Below, piece after piece: positions 1-12,535 of a DNA stretch of 64,000 bases. The notes under the pieces are model-generated. The model was not told the DNA's origin, made no database searches, and saw only the letters and a list, made by a program, of their open reading frames with translations. The stretch spans positions 1 through 64,000 of the forward strand of contig KZ538346.1 in NCBI GenBank assembly GCA_000934665.2. Reading direction: 5' to 3'. Position 1 is the first letter of the stretch. Every line of letters begins with the position of its first letter. This DNA is from Catajapyx aquilonaris (lineage: Eukaryota). The translations under genes and the position numbers were made by a program.

Positions 1-410
1 ATTTTTGAAAGACGTAATTAAAGCGATTCGCCGATTTTCGTCAAAATCTGACAACCCAAGGGTCAGGGGGCTCGGTGAATTGACATGGAATGACCCATAA
101 GGAATTGATTTTTAGATTCTTAAAAACTATCAAATAGGTAGGCATTTAGGCCCTGAAAACAGTCAAAATAGGGAGTAAAAATCAGTCTGGTCCTAATTTA
201 TTTTAATTTCTACACAATCACAGCCTATACTCTTGGCCATGGAATTTTGCAGCACAGTAACAAACTAGAAGTTATTCCAAAGGGAGCTTCACTCCTCACA
301 AAAGTGTACACTGGATCACCGGATCACCATCAAAGGTGTACACGGATCACCAGAAGTGAATACCCCCTCGAGTTATTCCATATTTTCGTTGGTTAATTGC
401 AGTTATTAGG

Positions 411-770
411 GAGGTGTAGATGGCCGAGATGGTAACGTCTCGGCTTGCTGAGTGAAAGGCCCCAGGTTCGATCCCCGCCTGGAGAACTTTCCTTTCACCT
501 GCGTCAGGAGGGTCTCTGACCTGCACCTTGGAGGTGTCTGGCAACCTAACCTCCTGGGGAACAGCACATGACCCCTTTACCGACATTGCACTTGCACCAA
601 TATAGTTCCCTCACCAAAAATCCCTATCCCTACCCTACATCCTTGACTCCTTGCACCAGTGAATGAAGATAATAGGAAAAATGGAGTGAAATGGTGGTAT
701 TCAACCCCCCTAAAAAGGCTCAGCCTTATCACGGGGTAACGTAAAAAATAAATACACAGTTATTCAGTGA
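411..770 (+). mobile_element. tRNA-derived SINE (family A)
   Basis: A-box TGGCCGAGATGG, B-box GGTTCGATCCC, A-rich tail; related copy at 50641-51010 (-). Confidence 0.75.
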
Positions 771-1969
771 CACCTGTTTGACAGTACATTTCTACATGCT
801 GAAAATGACCTTTTGAAGTCACACAAAACAAATGGATCATACATTCATACTTGAAAAGTGAAATGTCTCCTATATACAGTCAGTTTGTCTGGCATGCCTA
901 CTGCTTCTTCGCTCGTCACAGGTTGAAGTGGGTGGGATTCCTTGATGCAGGAAAACCCTCATAACTCTCGAAAATCTTACAAAACGGCGCTGCATCAAAA
1001 TGGTAGAAATAGGTGCAAAATAGGCGCTAATAGGCCATTTAGGTCCCAACGTCTGAAGTAGGCAATTTTAGGCTCTATAAAACTACGATATTTGAGGTCC
1101 TTGTCATATGAAACTGATAGATACCATATTTTGTTTCCGGTGTTCTGCCTACAAAATAAAAAGTAGGTAGAAACCTAGAAATCCGTTCTTTACTGATTTA
1201 TATTAGTTTCAAAAATATTCAATACAAGGCGAGAAATGGTCTTCTCAGGTCCACTTTAGCCATACTTACCATAATCGGGATTGAAAGAGGATATCCATAC
1301 CTACCTAGCCAGTGTGCATTATTGACACAGGGATTATGCAGACATAAGGTATTTTTTAAAATGTCTAATTAAATAGGTCATCATTGTACAGGACACAAGA
1401 AAATTTGTGCAGAGAGGAAATGGTTCTCCAGTGTGCAGCATAAAAGGTTGATGGAAAGATTGGGCGCCTAATTCTTCTATAACATTTTGTCTAAACATGG
1501 GCATTTCGTTTCATTGCACAACATCTCCATTTTAGTTCGGTAAATCAGATTATATTACAGTCTTCACACGTTATTATCACCGATGTACAATAAGGTCTAA
1601 CAACAATCATTAGGGATTAGGTGCTATGATTGTTCTGAAACAGTAGTAGTGCCATGTGGAAAAAATCCCATGCAAGATTTCGTGATTTATTGCTGTATTT
1701 GCAATATATTTATTTCACATAAACTTCCCAATTTGGGAAACCGCTACCGTATGTGAATAACACCGTCAACACCCTGTTCGATACAGAGGAGCCTAGTGGC
1801 AGATTTGAGAACTTCTTGGGAGGAAAATTTATAGGTTATAGGAAAATTTATAGGCCCCACTTTTATATAGCCCCACGTTCTAGCCGATTCTAGCAAAGCA
1901 AAAGCACGCCTCTGTGTTGCTCAGCCCACGGACACTTATACCTGCTTATACTACGTTCTGGCGTTATCA

Positions 1970-2259
1970 CCTGCCGAGGGATTACGCACCGGGTGGCCAC
2001 TTGAGATCGCTACGAGACATTTCCCAAGGCTATCATGTGGCGGCCCTACCGGACTAAGGCTGAACTTTACAGGTACGAAGGGGAGGGCTACATTGGGGGG
2101 CCCAACATGGCCGCTGGCGGCCATGTTGGGCCAGCATGTAGCCCTCCCCTTCGTACCTGTAAAGTTCAGCCTTAGTCCGGTAGGGCCGCCACATGATAGC
2201 CTTGGGAAATGTCTCGTAGCGATCTCAAGTGGCCACCCGGTGCGTAATCCTTCGGCAGG
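1970..2259. repeat. Near-perfect 290-bp palindrome (hairpin MITE-like)
   Basis: Left half is the reverse complement of the right half except for a few mismatches; centre near 2115. Confidence 0.9.
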
Positions 2260-2491
2260 GGGTGGGTGGGGAGTGACCTAACCTGAGTCTTCAATAACCA
2301 TGGTGTTGCTTTTTCAGCATTGTTCTTCCCATGGTTCTTCCCTATCTACGACACTGGAAGACTTGAGCGATGTTGCCAAGCATGTTGATGATCGGCTACC
2401 GTCCAGGTACCGTCGGCCAGACCGTCGGCTACACTTTTATCAAGCCCTAGGCCCTGGAACATGATTTGGCAACAAGGAATAGCTCTTCAAA

Positions 2492-5400
2492 ATGTCAGAT
2501 GCCGGTGAGTCAGGTCCTCCGTCATATGTGAACGTCTCCCACCACGCTCCTGCTAGCTTCGCATCGCAATCATCAATCCCGATCTCGTCCCTTTTCTCGG
2601 CGTTGGAGACACGTAGGATAAAAATCGAGGACTCGCATAAGAAGCAAGTGAGCGCAGAGTGCGTCATTGATGGAAAGTCAGGAGTGCTGCTGCTAGAAAA
2701 GGCATCATTCGGCACGCAGTTACAACACGTGGCTGGTTTGCTCCGACAAGAGGAAGATAAGTTGTCTGTACAGGAGCTGCTTACTAACGATATATACCAC
2801 AATTTACTTTTGGAGGTGCCAGGTTATCCCTTCACTGGTGAGTGTAATTCTTAATATTATGTTTTCTGGAGGGTCTTAACTCAGAAACTAGGAGGTATGG
2901 TGGAGGGATGAAGAAGAAAGGGGTAAATGGGTGGAATTTTCGTCTCACTGATAGTTACTGCTAACTTAGCAGTACCATTGCCAACACTGGTACTGCTAAG
3001 TTAGCAGTAACTATCAGTGGGACGAAAATTCCACCCAATGTTTGCTTTCGCTTACACATGGTTACTGAAAATCCATGTTTTTCCGGGAAAATGACTAGTG
3101 TGTTGTGTAGCTTGAGACATGTCGGTAACACCATGTACAAGTGGCATGCATAGTGGAATTAATTCCAAGACCTGGCAGTGCCAAACATGGTGGCCATGTT
3201 TAGGAGGTGCAGTATTGATCCTGTATCTGTCGAAATTCAGGCATAGGTCGCATTTCTGGAGCAAAACCACATTTGGCCTTGAAAAGATGAATGTGCCGTT
3301 CTTTTTGGGGGAAGTGGAGGGGTCACGCCTTGAGCATAGGTACAGAAGGGCAAGGAAAAAGGGCACAAACAAAGAAGAACAAAGAATTGCCTATTTCTTT
3401 GCTTGAATGAAAAGTGTGGGATGGGGGAGGGCATTGCAGTCATTGCTGGAACATCTTTGCTCTCCTCAGTCAATGAAAGTGAAACTAACTTTATATACAC
3501 AAATTTATCTCTCTGACCCCTCCTTTTTCCCCGAAGGAATGATGTCATGTTTGAATTTTTGTGGCCATGTGTACATGCCATAGAGTCAAAATTGCTCTGC
3601 CCTCAGTGGATGTTTTGAAAGTGATAAGATTTAGGTTGTAAAATCAGGCAGAAAAGTGGGGAAGCTTCTAGGGAGGAACTGAGTCAAGGAGAGTTTGGTT
3701 TGTTGGCACTACATTACTACGTTACATTACATTACTACAAGAGTCTTAGCCACTTTGTGATCGTGTCTTCTAACCAATAACAAATAACCATGGTCCTCAA
3801 CAATTTCAATATTAGTGGCAAAAAATTGTTTTACATTGTAGCTGTGTGATTTAAATCTGTATTTTGATGGGTAGATGGTGAGAAACGTAAGAGTGCAATA
3901 TTGTTTCTCTTGCCACACATTCAGACTGATCAACATCAGGGCATGCCATGTGTACCATTATTACTTGTAACTATAATGCATTCAGCCTTAGAATAGTGCT
4001 GATGTCACAAGCAAGTTAGTTGTTCATTACAATGTTGATATTTTGGAAGGAGTTTAAAACTCAGTCATGAGGATGGAAATGGGGAGGGTGGGAGCACAGA
4101 GAAAGTGTAGGAGGATGAGGCCCACAAGGGCGGTTCGGAGCCGAGATGACTTGTCATGGCTATCAAATAGCAGGCTGTGTTCATTCCAACCAAAATAATT
4201 ACGTCCAACTATTTAAACTTGCCCAAATCTGATCTCTTGTTGCGATGTGTATAACAGTGTAAATATTTTAATCCACAATACCCTGGCATAACCAAACGTC
4301 CCAAACTGAATGGATTCATTAGGACAGTTATTTTTCATTTACATTAACCTAACAAAACACACATTTGAAAAGAAATACACACAGAAAATTGACCCACACC
4401 CAGACAAAATACATGCTGCTCATGTAACTCCTGTTGACCCCCTCCTGCATTTTTATGATCTGTAATATTCCAAGGACAAATAGGGAAGCACATTTATGCC
4501 TGATTGCACCAACAAAATTACCGATTCGATAGCTCCTAACAGATCCTTAGCAGACGTTAAAAGGGCTATGATCTGTTAGGAGCTATCGGATCAGTAATTC
4601 AGTAGGTGCAATCAGGCATTAGCAAACACCCGCTGAGTCATTCCTGGCAATAGCTCATTGAGGTAGGGAGTAAGTCTCACAGCCCCGTCCCAGGCACGGC
4701 TTGAATGCAAACAATAGAAATTTTTCGTCCCACTGCTAGTTAATGCTAACTTAGCAATACCTGTGCCAAATATAGTACTAAGTTAGTAGTAACTAGTAGT
4801 GTGACAAAAATTCGACCCAAAACTTACTATACATTATTTTGTCCAACCTGTTCTCAGATTTAGTGCTGGGGAAGGGGGATGTCGTTTCTATTTCCCCCTG
4901 CCCCCTGTCGGTAACTTTGGTAAAGCTCGATACCACACAAAGTGACATCGATAGAGCTTTAAAACCTAGTAAAGTTCATATTTGTAACTGTTATAATTTT
5001 CAAATGAAAAGGGTGGAACGCTAAGGTCAAAAATTGGGCTTGGTTCTCCCCTCTCTCGTGATTTTCGCTTCATTCGCATACCTCCACAAATGTACATCGA
5101 CAGAGCTTCAAAACCTGGTAAAAGTCACCCCTCTAACTTTTCCAGTTTTCGAAAAAAAAACACACACGAAGTTTCAACTGCTTTTTGCAGGTGTTCCTAT
5201 TATTTTGTCCAACCGCTGTATAGCTGTCGGGTAAAATCCCTCAGCTGTGACCCTGAGATACAGTAAATTCCCTATAATGTGATACATGCAGAAAATGCCT
5301 GGTGCATGTGATACACATTTTGGAATCTTGCCGGTTATCCATGATGTGATTAACCCTTCCCAAGTTGTACTCTTAGACATTGTCTAGGGTTGTACTATGG

Positions 5401-7768
5401 AGAATAGATTGGTTATAACCGTTTGATAAGCTGATGTTATATTTTAAAAATTATGACTGAATAATTTATTTCCAGGCATCAAGGCAACGTTGACCTACCC
5501 TAGTGAACCTACAACTAGTGAACCTCATGGTGCTGATTCATTCTTGGTCAATGAGACACCTGTAATGTATGACAATGTGACACTGCCTGATCTTACTAAG
5601 CAACCTGAAACCATCCAGGTAGCTATTTTTAACTTAAACCCATTGTTATTAAAATTAATATTAAGCTGGATCAAATGTCTTCATTTTGGTGACTTTTCTG
5701 TAAGCAGAATTTATGGAACACAAATTTTAACAAAACATTGTAAAATTTAATAATTTTAGAATGGAAATAAGGCACATCTGGTTGCTAAAAGTGATGTCCA
5801 TTTACAGTGGGTGAAGCACAGTTTGAGACTCAAGGACAAACCAGAGCGGATTGCATTTGAGGATCCTGATCCCAAGATTGGTTTCACATTGCTTCCAGAT
5901 TTGAAGTGGGACGGCATCCAGAATAGCAAGTTACACCTTATTGCTATTGTTCACCTTGAATCAATCCAGACATTACGAGACCTTACAGCAGAACACTTGC
6001 CACTACTTGAAAACGTGAAGGAGAAAGGGACGGTGAGTTGTCAATCTTTCATCCTTCCTTCCTTCTGTTAATCACTCATATCATGGCTTGATCTGTGTGC
6101 ATTTGTGATTCACATGACCCTGTATGCCTATGGGATGGTTCATGATGCAATACATTATACATAATTATCTTGAATGGTCTTAACTGCGTAGCATCTTCAA
6201 ATATGGATAACTTTATGCTAATTTCAATTGCTCATCCATTATTACAAATCTCTCAGCATGTAAAAAAGCAATAATCAAAAATGGTAATAAATAAGTAATA
6301 AAGAATAAATACTACGAGGGCGAATCAGAAAGTAATTGAAAACTTTTTTAATTCGGAAGTTTCACTAGAGAAACTGAGATATACATATGAAAGGGCAAGT
6401 CTTCCTCTAATTTTAAAAATAGTCACCATACAATTTGGTGCATTTGTTCCATCGGGACACTAGCTTTTCCATACCCCTGCAGAAGAAAGAGTCAGTGTGG
6501 GTGGGAAGCCAGTGGGGGATGGCCTCTTTCACTTCCTCGATGTCGCTGAGGTCTTGAGAAGCTAGTGCTTCTTTTTTGGTCCCAAGAGATGGTTTTAACC
6601 ATGGTCTACCATCTCTTTGGACCAATGAAGAAGCACCTGGCAGGTCAGAACTTCAGCAACATTGAGGAAGTGAAAGAGGCCATCCCCCACTGGCTTCCCA
6701 CCCAGCCTGACACATTTTTCTGCAGGGGTATGGAAAAAGTAGTGTCCCGCTGGGACAAATGCACCAACGTGTATGGTGACTATTTCTAAAATTAGAGGAA
6801 GACTTGCCCTTTCATATGTATATCTCAGTTTCAGTTTCTATAGTGAAACACTTCTGAATTTAAAAAGTGTTCAATTACTTTCTGATTTGCCATCATACAT
6901 ACAATCCTGGTCCAGGTAGTGCTTTAAGCCCTTTGTGGGGTATGTTATGCAGGCCTTTAGGTTTTTTAAAATTCAAGTTACATGTTCTGAACATTTTTCA
7001 AAGGATCCAGGTCCACAAGAAGGGGGTCAGTGGGAAGGGAGGTGCAAGTGCAGTGTCATTGATGGTCATTTGGTGAATTCTCCTGCCTGGTTAGTCTCAA
7101 GGAATTCCACCCAAGACAACCCAATTCTGTACGAGATGAAAGGGGGAAAACTCGGCGTGAAATTGAACCTGGGACCCTTCCATTTGTGGGCATGCATGTT
7201 ACCACAGTGCCACTCTCCTTCCCCATAAAATAATTATTACATGCAATAAATTGTACTAGAGCTCATTGATTACACACTATTTATTAACCTAAGCCAGTCT
7301 ATCAAATCAAACAACCTGTATGGTAGCCACATTTGTGATGTTAATTATTGTAGTAATAGTTAAGAATTTAATTTTTCTTTTCTCCAGTGATATGCATGTT
7401 CACTGGTCACATTTTGTTCTACATTTTGATGGTTCTCTAATTCTTTGATTCCTTCACAGAAAGCAATCTGGGACAAGTATGGTCTTTCATCACATCAGCT
7501 GCGCATCTACCTCTACTACCCCCCAACCTACTGCCACTTCCACGTCCACTTCACATATCTGAATTTTTCTCCTTCCCGAGTCAACACTGAGAAGGCTCAT
7601 CTGCTTGAGACAGTCATCAACAACATAAAATTAATTCCAGACTATTATCAGCAATCAAGCATTCCAGTTGTGGTGCACAAAGGTACGACACTTTACCAAA
7701 GTTACTTGAAGGCAGGATATAATTTTCAAGATGGCTCTAATGACAGCCCTGATGGAAATCAGACCTAG
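2492..7768 (+). CDS. DCPS: m7GpppX diphosphatase (scavenger decapping enzyme DcpS), ~340 aa; exons 2492-2837, 5476-5618, 5808-6032, 7460-7768
   Basis: GT-AG junctions keep frame (phases 1,0,0). Motifs LLLEK, NDIY, IKATLTYP, ETP, FEDPDPKIGFTLLPDLKWDG, LRDLTAEHLPLL, HIT triad HFHVHF, EKAHLLETVINNI match the DcpS family. Confidence 0.93.
2928..3037. mobile_element. ~110-bp palindromic MITE; diverged copy at ~4717-4820
   Basis: GGGTGGAATTTTCGTCTCACTGATAGTTACTGCTAACTTAGCAGTACC and its reverse complement. Confidence 0.7.
4496..4619. mobile_element. ~120-bp palindromic MITE
   Basis: ATGCCTGATTGCACC...GGTGCAATCAGGCAT arms. Confidence 0.65.
6313..6897. mobile_element. Foldback mariner derivative made of two inverted 3' ends, in DCPS intron 3
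   Basis: TA-CGAGGG terminus; both strands encode the mariner C-terminus FFCRGMEK(L/V)VSRW(N/D)KC...GDYF. Confidence 0.85.
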
Positions 7769-8810
7769 GCTGGGTGCCGCCAATATTTTTGTGAATATTT
7801 CTGGCTCAAAATTGAGCCGGGTGGAAGTAAAGGCCAACAGTGTTCACATTGAATGGACTGAGGGTGTGAGTGAGCTTCACTTCGAAAATGTGCGGCTAGT
7901 TCCAGATTCAGTATCAGGATTCCAAGCAGATGATGAGTATATTTCTTTCCGAACCAATGTGGAGCCTCCACCTCTACATGGGTCAGTTTCCAGTGAAATT
8001 ATTCCAGTACCATCCAGTGAGTTGAACGTGAAGCTTGCATGTGGGAAGATTGCCAAAATTGAAGCAGATGTTGATTATCATCTTTGCTGTCGCCGTTGCC
8101 ATAATTGCATTGCACAAGTAAAATTTGCACGAGTATTACCACTCCCTTCGGATTCATGGGAGGAGGACTCCTCCATGTGGTTCTGCCATCCTTCCTCAGA
8201 TGGAGTCAAAGTTGTTCCAAGTGGTGACACATGTCTCTATGGACCTTGCTTTTGGAGATTTAGGGAATCAATGCTGAATCAGGACAGGGTGACATTGGAA
8301 GCATCACAATTGCGATGCAAACATTGCTTGGGTCTCATTGGTGAGCCACACAAGGATGGTGTGAAATTGTGGAACAGCTCAGTATCATGGAACACAGACA
8401 AGTGCCAATCTCCTGAAGCTCATCCATTAGATGACTTTAAAGCCTTATTGGAGAATGTTCTTAAAGAAAATGCTCATGTGATGTGTAAGCTTTGTGTGGA
8501 AGCAGAATCTGAAGGACATACTACACAGTATTTGCTATTGTGGGTGATGGATAAGAGCTTAAAAGTGTATTTAAGGTGTAAGGAAGATGTAAACATGCAA
8601 GAAAAGCAGGTAGTGAAGGTGTTGTTTCAGCATGAGGACCATCGTTCAGAGCTTGTGAAGATGTGGCAACGGGACCTGTGTGTCCATAGAGTGCAGGTGT
8701 CGAGACTGATTTTCCAAGATGCTGTTGAGTCACTAATGGAGAACTTACAATTTGTACCTAAACCGTTCAGAGTTGCAAATGATTTTCTCATCAGCTATGT
8801 TTGGCAATAA
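7731..8810 (+). CDS. UBE3D: E3 ubiquitin-protein ligase E3D-like (HECT_2 family), 359 aa, intronless; overlaps the DCPS 3' end
   Basis: Long ORF with CxxC pairs (CRRC, CKHC) and RVLPLPSDSWEEDSSMWFCH, resembling the HECT_2 LPSxxW...WxCH signature; C-terminal VVKVLF and VPKPFRVANDFLISY. AATAAA at 8806-8811 overlaps the stop. Confidence 0.85.
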   Translation: MALMTALMEIRPRLGAANIFVNISGSKLSRVEVKANSVHIEWTEGVSELHFENVRLVPDSVSGFQADDEYISFRTNVEPPPLHGSVSSEIIPVPSSELNVKLACGKIAKIEADVDYHLCCRRCHNCIAQVKFARVLPLPSDSWEEDSSMWFCHPSSDGVKVVPSGDTCLYGPCFWRFRESMLNQDRVTLEASQLRCKHCLGLIGEPHKDGVKLWNSSVSWNTDKCQSPEAHPLDDFKALLENVLKENAHVMCKLCVEAESEGHTTQYLLLWVMDKSLKVYLRCKEDVNMQEKQVVKVLFQHEDHRSELVKMWQRDLCVHRVQVSRLIFQDAVESLMENLQFVPKPFRVANDFLISYVWQ

Positions 8811-9564
8811 AGTTCAGAGAACTTGTTAGTGAAGTGAAAAAATGACTTATAAATTTTGGGAATGGGTGGGAATGCCAATTCTTTTACTAGCATATTTCCC
8901 TGGAAATTACGGCATGCAGGTATAAAATGAGATTGACTAAGGAGCTGTGAAAAAGTCGGGCAGTTTTTGTGATTTCAATCTTGCCGTGAAAACTATTGGC
9001 AAGGATGTGTTCCAGGATCAGTTTTGTCACTGTCACTTCTAGAAGATCTTGTGCCTATCATTATCAGAAGCTGAAGATAAACTAAATTTTTTCTTGTTGA
9101 GTTTTTAAGAATGAGTTATGAAAATGAGGGTTAACAATTCGAAAAACTGGACTTTTTGAAACCGTTTACTGCCCTAGGAGGAAATTGAAAGGTACAGGAA
9201 TTTCTATTTCCATTGTTACAGCATTTTTAGATGATGCCAAATTTTTTGAGGCACATAGTATATACTGAAACTGATCTAATTAAATTCTAGTATGCACAGT
9301 GATAGTTGGACCATTGTAAAACCCTGCTTGAAGTGTTGCCATATGTGAAACCAGCTTGACTGGTCATTGATTTCATTTAATGGCAGTTTTGTAGAGTATT
9401 ACAATCCTGCAGATGCCATTTTTCTCATCTCCGACGAATTGACAGGTGCTCAAAGTTTCTCTGACTTATCCTAGTAGAATATGAGCACATTTTGGCCATA
9501 ATGATTGCTTGATTTGGTGAGATGACAACAAGAATGACTTCCAAACACACTAGTTGACCATTGA

Positions 9565-9802
9565 TGGCCATCTTTGGCTTCGTCTCAGGTGGAATTTCCA
9601 TAGACTAATCCACCTGGGGGAGTTCACAAAATGACCACACCCAAGACATTGCACTGCACTTTGCACATCTCCTGTCATCCTGCCTGTGGGCCCGGGCATT
9701 ACGTAAAAATGATCCAATATATGTACAAGACATAAATAAAGGTCCGTGCTATATAGGCCTACCTCTGATGAGGTCAAGCACTACCCGCATTATTATTATT
9801 AT
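9565..9802 (+). mobile_element. 5'-truncated SINE (family B) with (TAT)n tail
   Basis: Body matches 48047 family (GGGGGAGTTCACAAAATGACC); flanking TSD ACTAGTTGACCATTGA. Confidence 0.7.
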
Positions 9803-9806
9803 ACTA

Positions 9807-10821
9807 GGGAAAACCATACAGTGACGGGCAGTTTAGTGCGTTGGTCTCAGTAATACATGAATATTCTCACCTTTTCTTTTCACGTAGATGTTCTAAAATA
9901 TTTTTCTAATGACTGAGGTTGTCCCCATTCACATTGCATCAAATTCACTCAAATCGATCAGAATGTGTGTATTTATTTAAATGCACAAAATATCCTACCT
10001 AAAAGACAGTAATGGCCACCCATCCAGATAGTAATGGCCAGGTGTCAAGATAGTGATGGCCATGGCAGCAAAACAATAGTCTCTCGACCGTAGGAATCAA
10101 AGTAGGAACCCCATCGTATTAGGAAGGTAGGCCTAACTGATGTGAGATAAAGCCACTCAAAAGCCTGTAAAGGTTGTCAGGAAATATGACTGATTATTTT
10201 ATTTTGCAAGTATCCGTCACATACAAGAATAGGCTTTGGCCGTTACACACAATAAGATAGGCCTATGGATTTGCTATTGCTGCGAATTTCCTCCTAAATA
10301 ATTGCTGTCATTTCTCTCGAAGAATAACTCGCGTGATCATGATACTTAGGCCAACATATGTGGCATTCAATTTTTTAAAGCATAACGCAGTAGCCTACTA
10401 ATGTCCGTGGCATGGCCATCACTAAGAAACGTCATTAGATGCTGGCTTGATGCTGGACAGTCATGGCCATCCTAATGAATTCATACTCCTGAACAAAGGG
10501 ACTGGTTTCAATCCCATGCTTCAATAAAGCACCTCTAGACCCATACTTTCATATACCTCACATTGCTTTCGGGATATTTATGAGACCAGAAACACACTTA
10601 CAATGCAAGAAAGTCCTTAAGAAAAAAGTTAACATTTACCAGCTGCATTCCAACATGGCCAGTAGGTCTCTGTGTCAGATTCCATTACTGCTCTTGCAAT
10701 GCCTGCTGTGGATTGATTTTTGACCTAGTTCATGCCAGGGGCCACGGGTGTCACACCATGATCATTTATTCATGTTATGTCATTTACACGGCGCAGTGGG
10801 CCATCACTGTACGGTTTACCC
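9807..10821. mobile_element. Non-autonomous TIR DNA transposon, TA target
   Basis: TIR GGG(T/A)AAACC(A/G)TACAGTGA, internal repeated TAATGGCCA motifs; a terminal fragment recurs at ~42909. Confidence 0.7.
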
Positions 10822-12535
10822 TAGTTGACCATTGACAAGATGCCCCTGATGAGAATGCAATACATCAGTGAAGGTAGGTTTCTGGTCCCATCCCCACACC
10901 CTGGAGAAAAAGGAGAATATCATGGTTTAGCCCAGTGGTTCCAACCTTTTACCAACTGTGACCCCCTAAACATGTTTCCATAAAATGATAAATGTGCGAC
11001 CCCTTCCTCCCCTCCCAGGCCCTGTCTACAACTGCCCCCTTTCCAGAAAACATACACTCTGTACGGCCGCAAAAATTGTTCAATTGACACAAAAATTGCA
11101 AAAAAAAAAAGTTTAACCAAGGCTCGCGCTGCCTGCGACCCCACCTACTTTTTTGTGTATTCCCTCTCTCATGTTGGTATCAAATATACCATTATAAATA
11201 CATGAACACAAGCCTAAAGCAGCTAAGGGTCCAAAAATAGTCAATTAATTTGAGTAGGATAATGGAATGTCAGAGAAGGCCTGCAGTGTCTCCAACTTTA
11301 GGCTTGGGACTGTACATTCACATGTGATGGTTGAAGTAAAACGAGTGATTGTAGATAGAGCAGAAATATGGCCTACTGCAGTGTGTTTCAATGAGTTGTC
11401 AGAATGAGTAGTAACTAGTGAATACTGCCAGTAGCTTGTAACATAATATGCATTATTTTCTGTGGAGCTGAGAATTGATTGGGATAACAATCAAAATTAT
11501 GGATATCCTTTGTAGTCTCTATAATTTTTATGCATCAATGTGACAGTCATATTTTGGGTGTGTAAATCCTGAGTTTGACGTCCTTCATGCAGATAATACA
11601 GGTATTAGCATTCCTGGTATGGTAGCTAGCTAAAGCAATAAGGTAAATCATTGAAGATACAGTTTATCACTTTGACAATATTGAGCTATTAGTAACATCT
11701 TATCCTGTCATCTCTGACGCATGTTCTATTGCGCTTGAATGTGTATCATGTCTTTGGAGATTACTTCTGTGACAACAACTGACTGGTTTAAATTACCAAA
11801 GGTACCTCCCTTCTTCAGCTGGTCAATGGCTCAACCATGGTCTTATACTCAGGTCCAGCAGACACTGATGTAGGCATCATTGCTATCTACAATATGTAAT
11901 TTCGATCCTCAATAGAACCTAATGACTAGTTCATGTGCATTTAACCCTGTTACCCTTGCCAGTTAATCTTAGTTAGAGGACTGGGATTAATTAAACTGCC
12001 ATATTTTAAAGCGTTGACAATCATCAGTCAAGGGTTGCTGAAGCTCTAGGGCCGCTGGGAGTTACCTGTAGCAGTTATGCTTCTACAAATGCTATGTTTG
12101 CCAAATGTTTTGTAGATATGACCACGGGTTCCAGCTAAGATTGTTGTTTCATCCGACCTGGTGGAACCAGCCATTAATTGCCATTAATTTTGCTTCTGTT
12201 TAAAGTCCAGGCCCAACCAACAAAGTGTTGATAGCAATATTTTTTGGGGACACAGGCAACCTTGCCAATCTGTAGTCATCACACCATCAGTGAAACACAT
12301 CCTGCCAGTTAGCCTCTTTGGCCTATTCATGTTTACACCATTGTAAAATTACACTTCAAAAGAGCTCTTTGAGTGAAAAGATCGTGATGTTTTCCTGATT
12401 GTTGTGCCAACAAAAAGGTTGTAGCTCTATCTTTCAATTTCCCTTGTTTAATTTAACTGGAGAAAGAAAAAAAAACAGCAGATGTAATCAGTTACCGGTA
12501 CTTACCTTTTTCTGGCAGTTATGCTGTGATGTACC

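Noticed and set aside
800..2400. Possible divergent minus-strand gene (donor-like sites near 2282 and 1270)
   Set aside because: No consistent reading frame or recognisable product; cannot support without transcripts.
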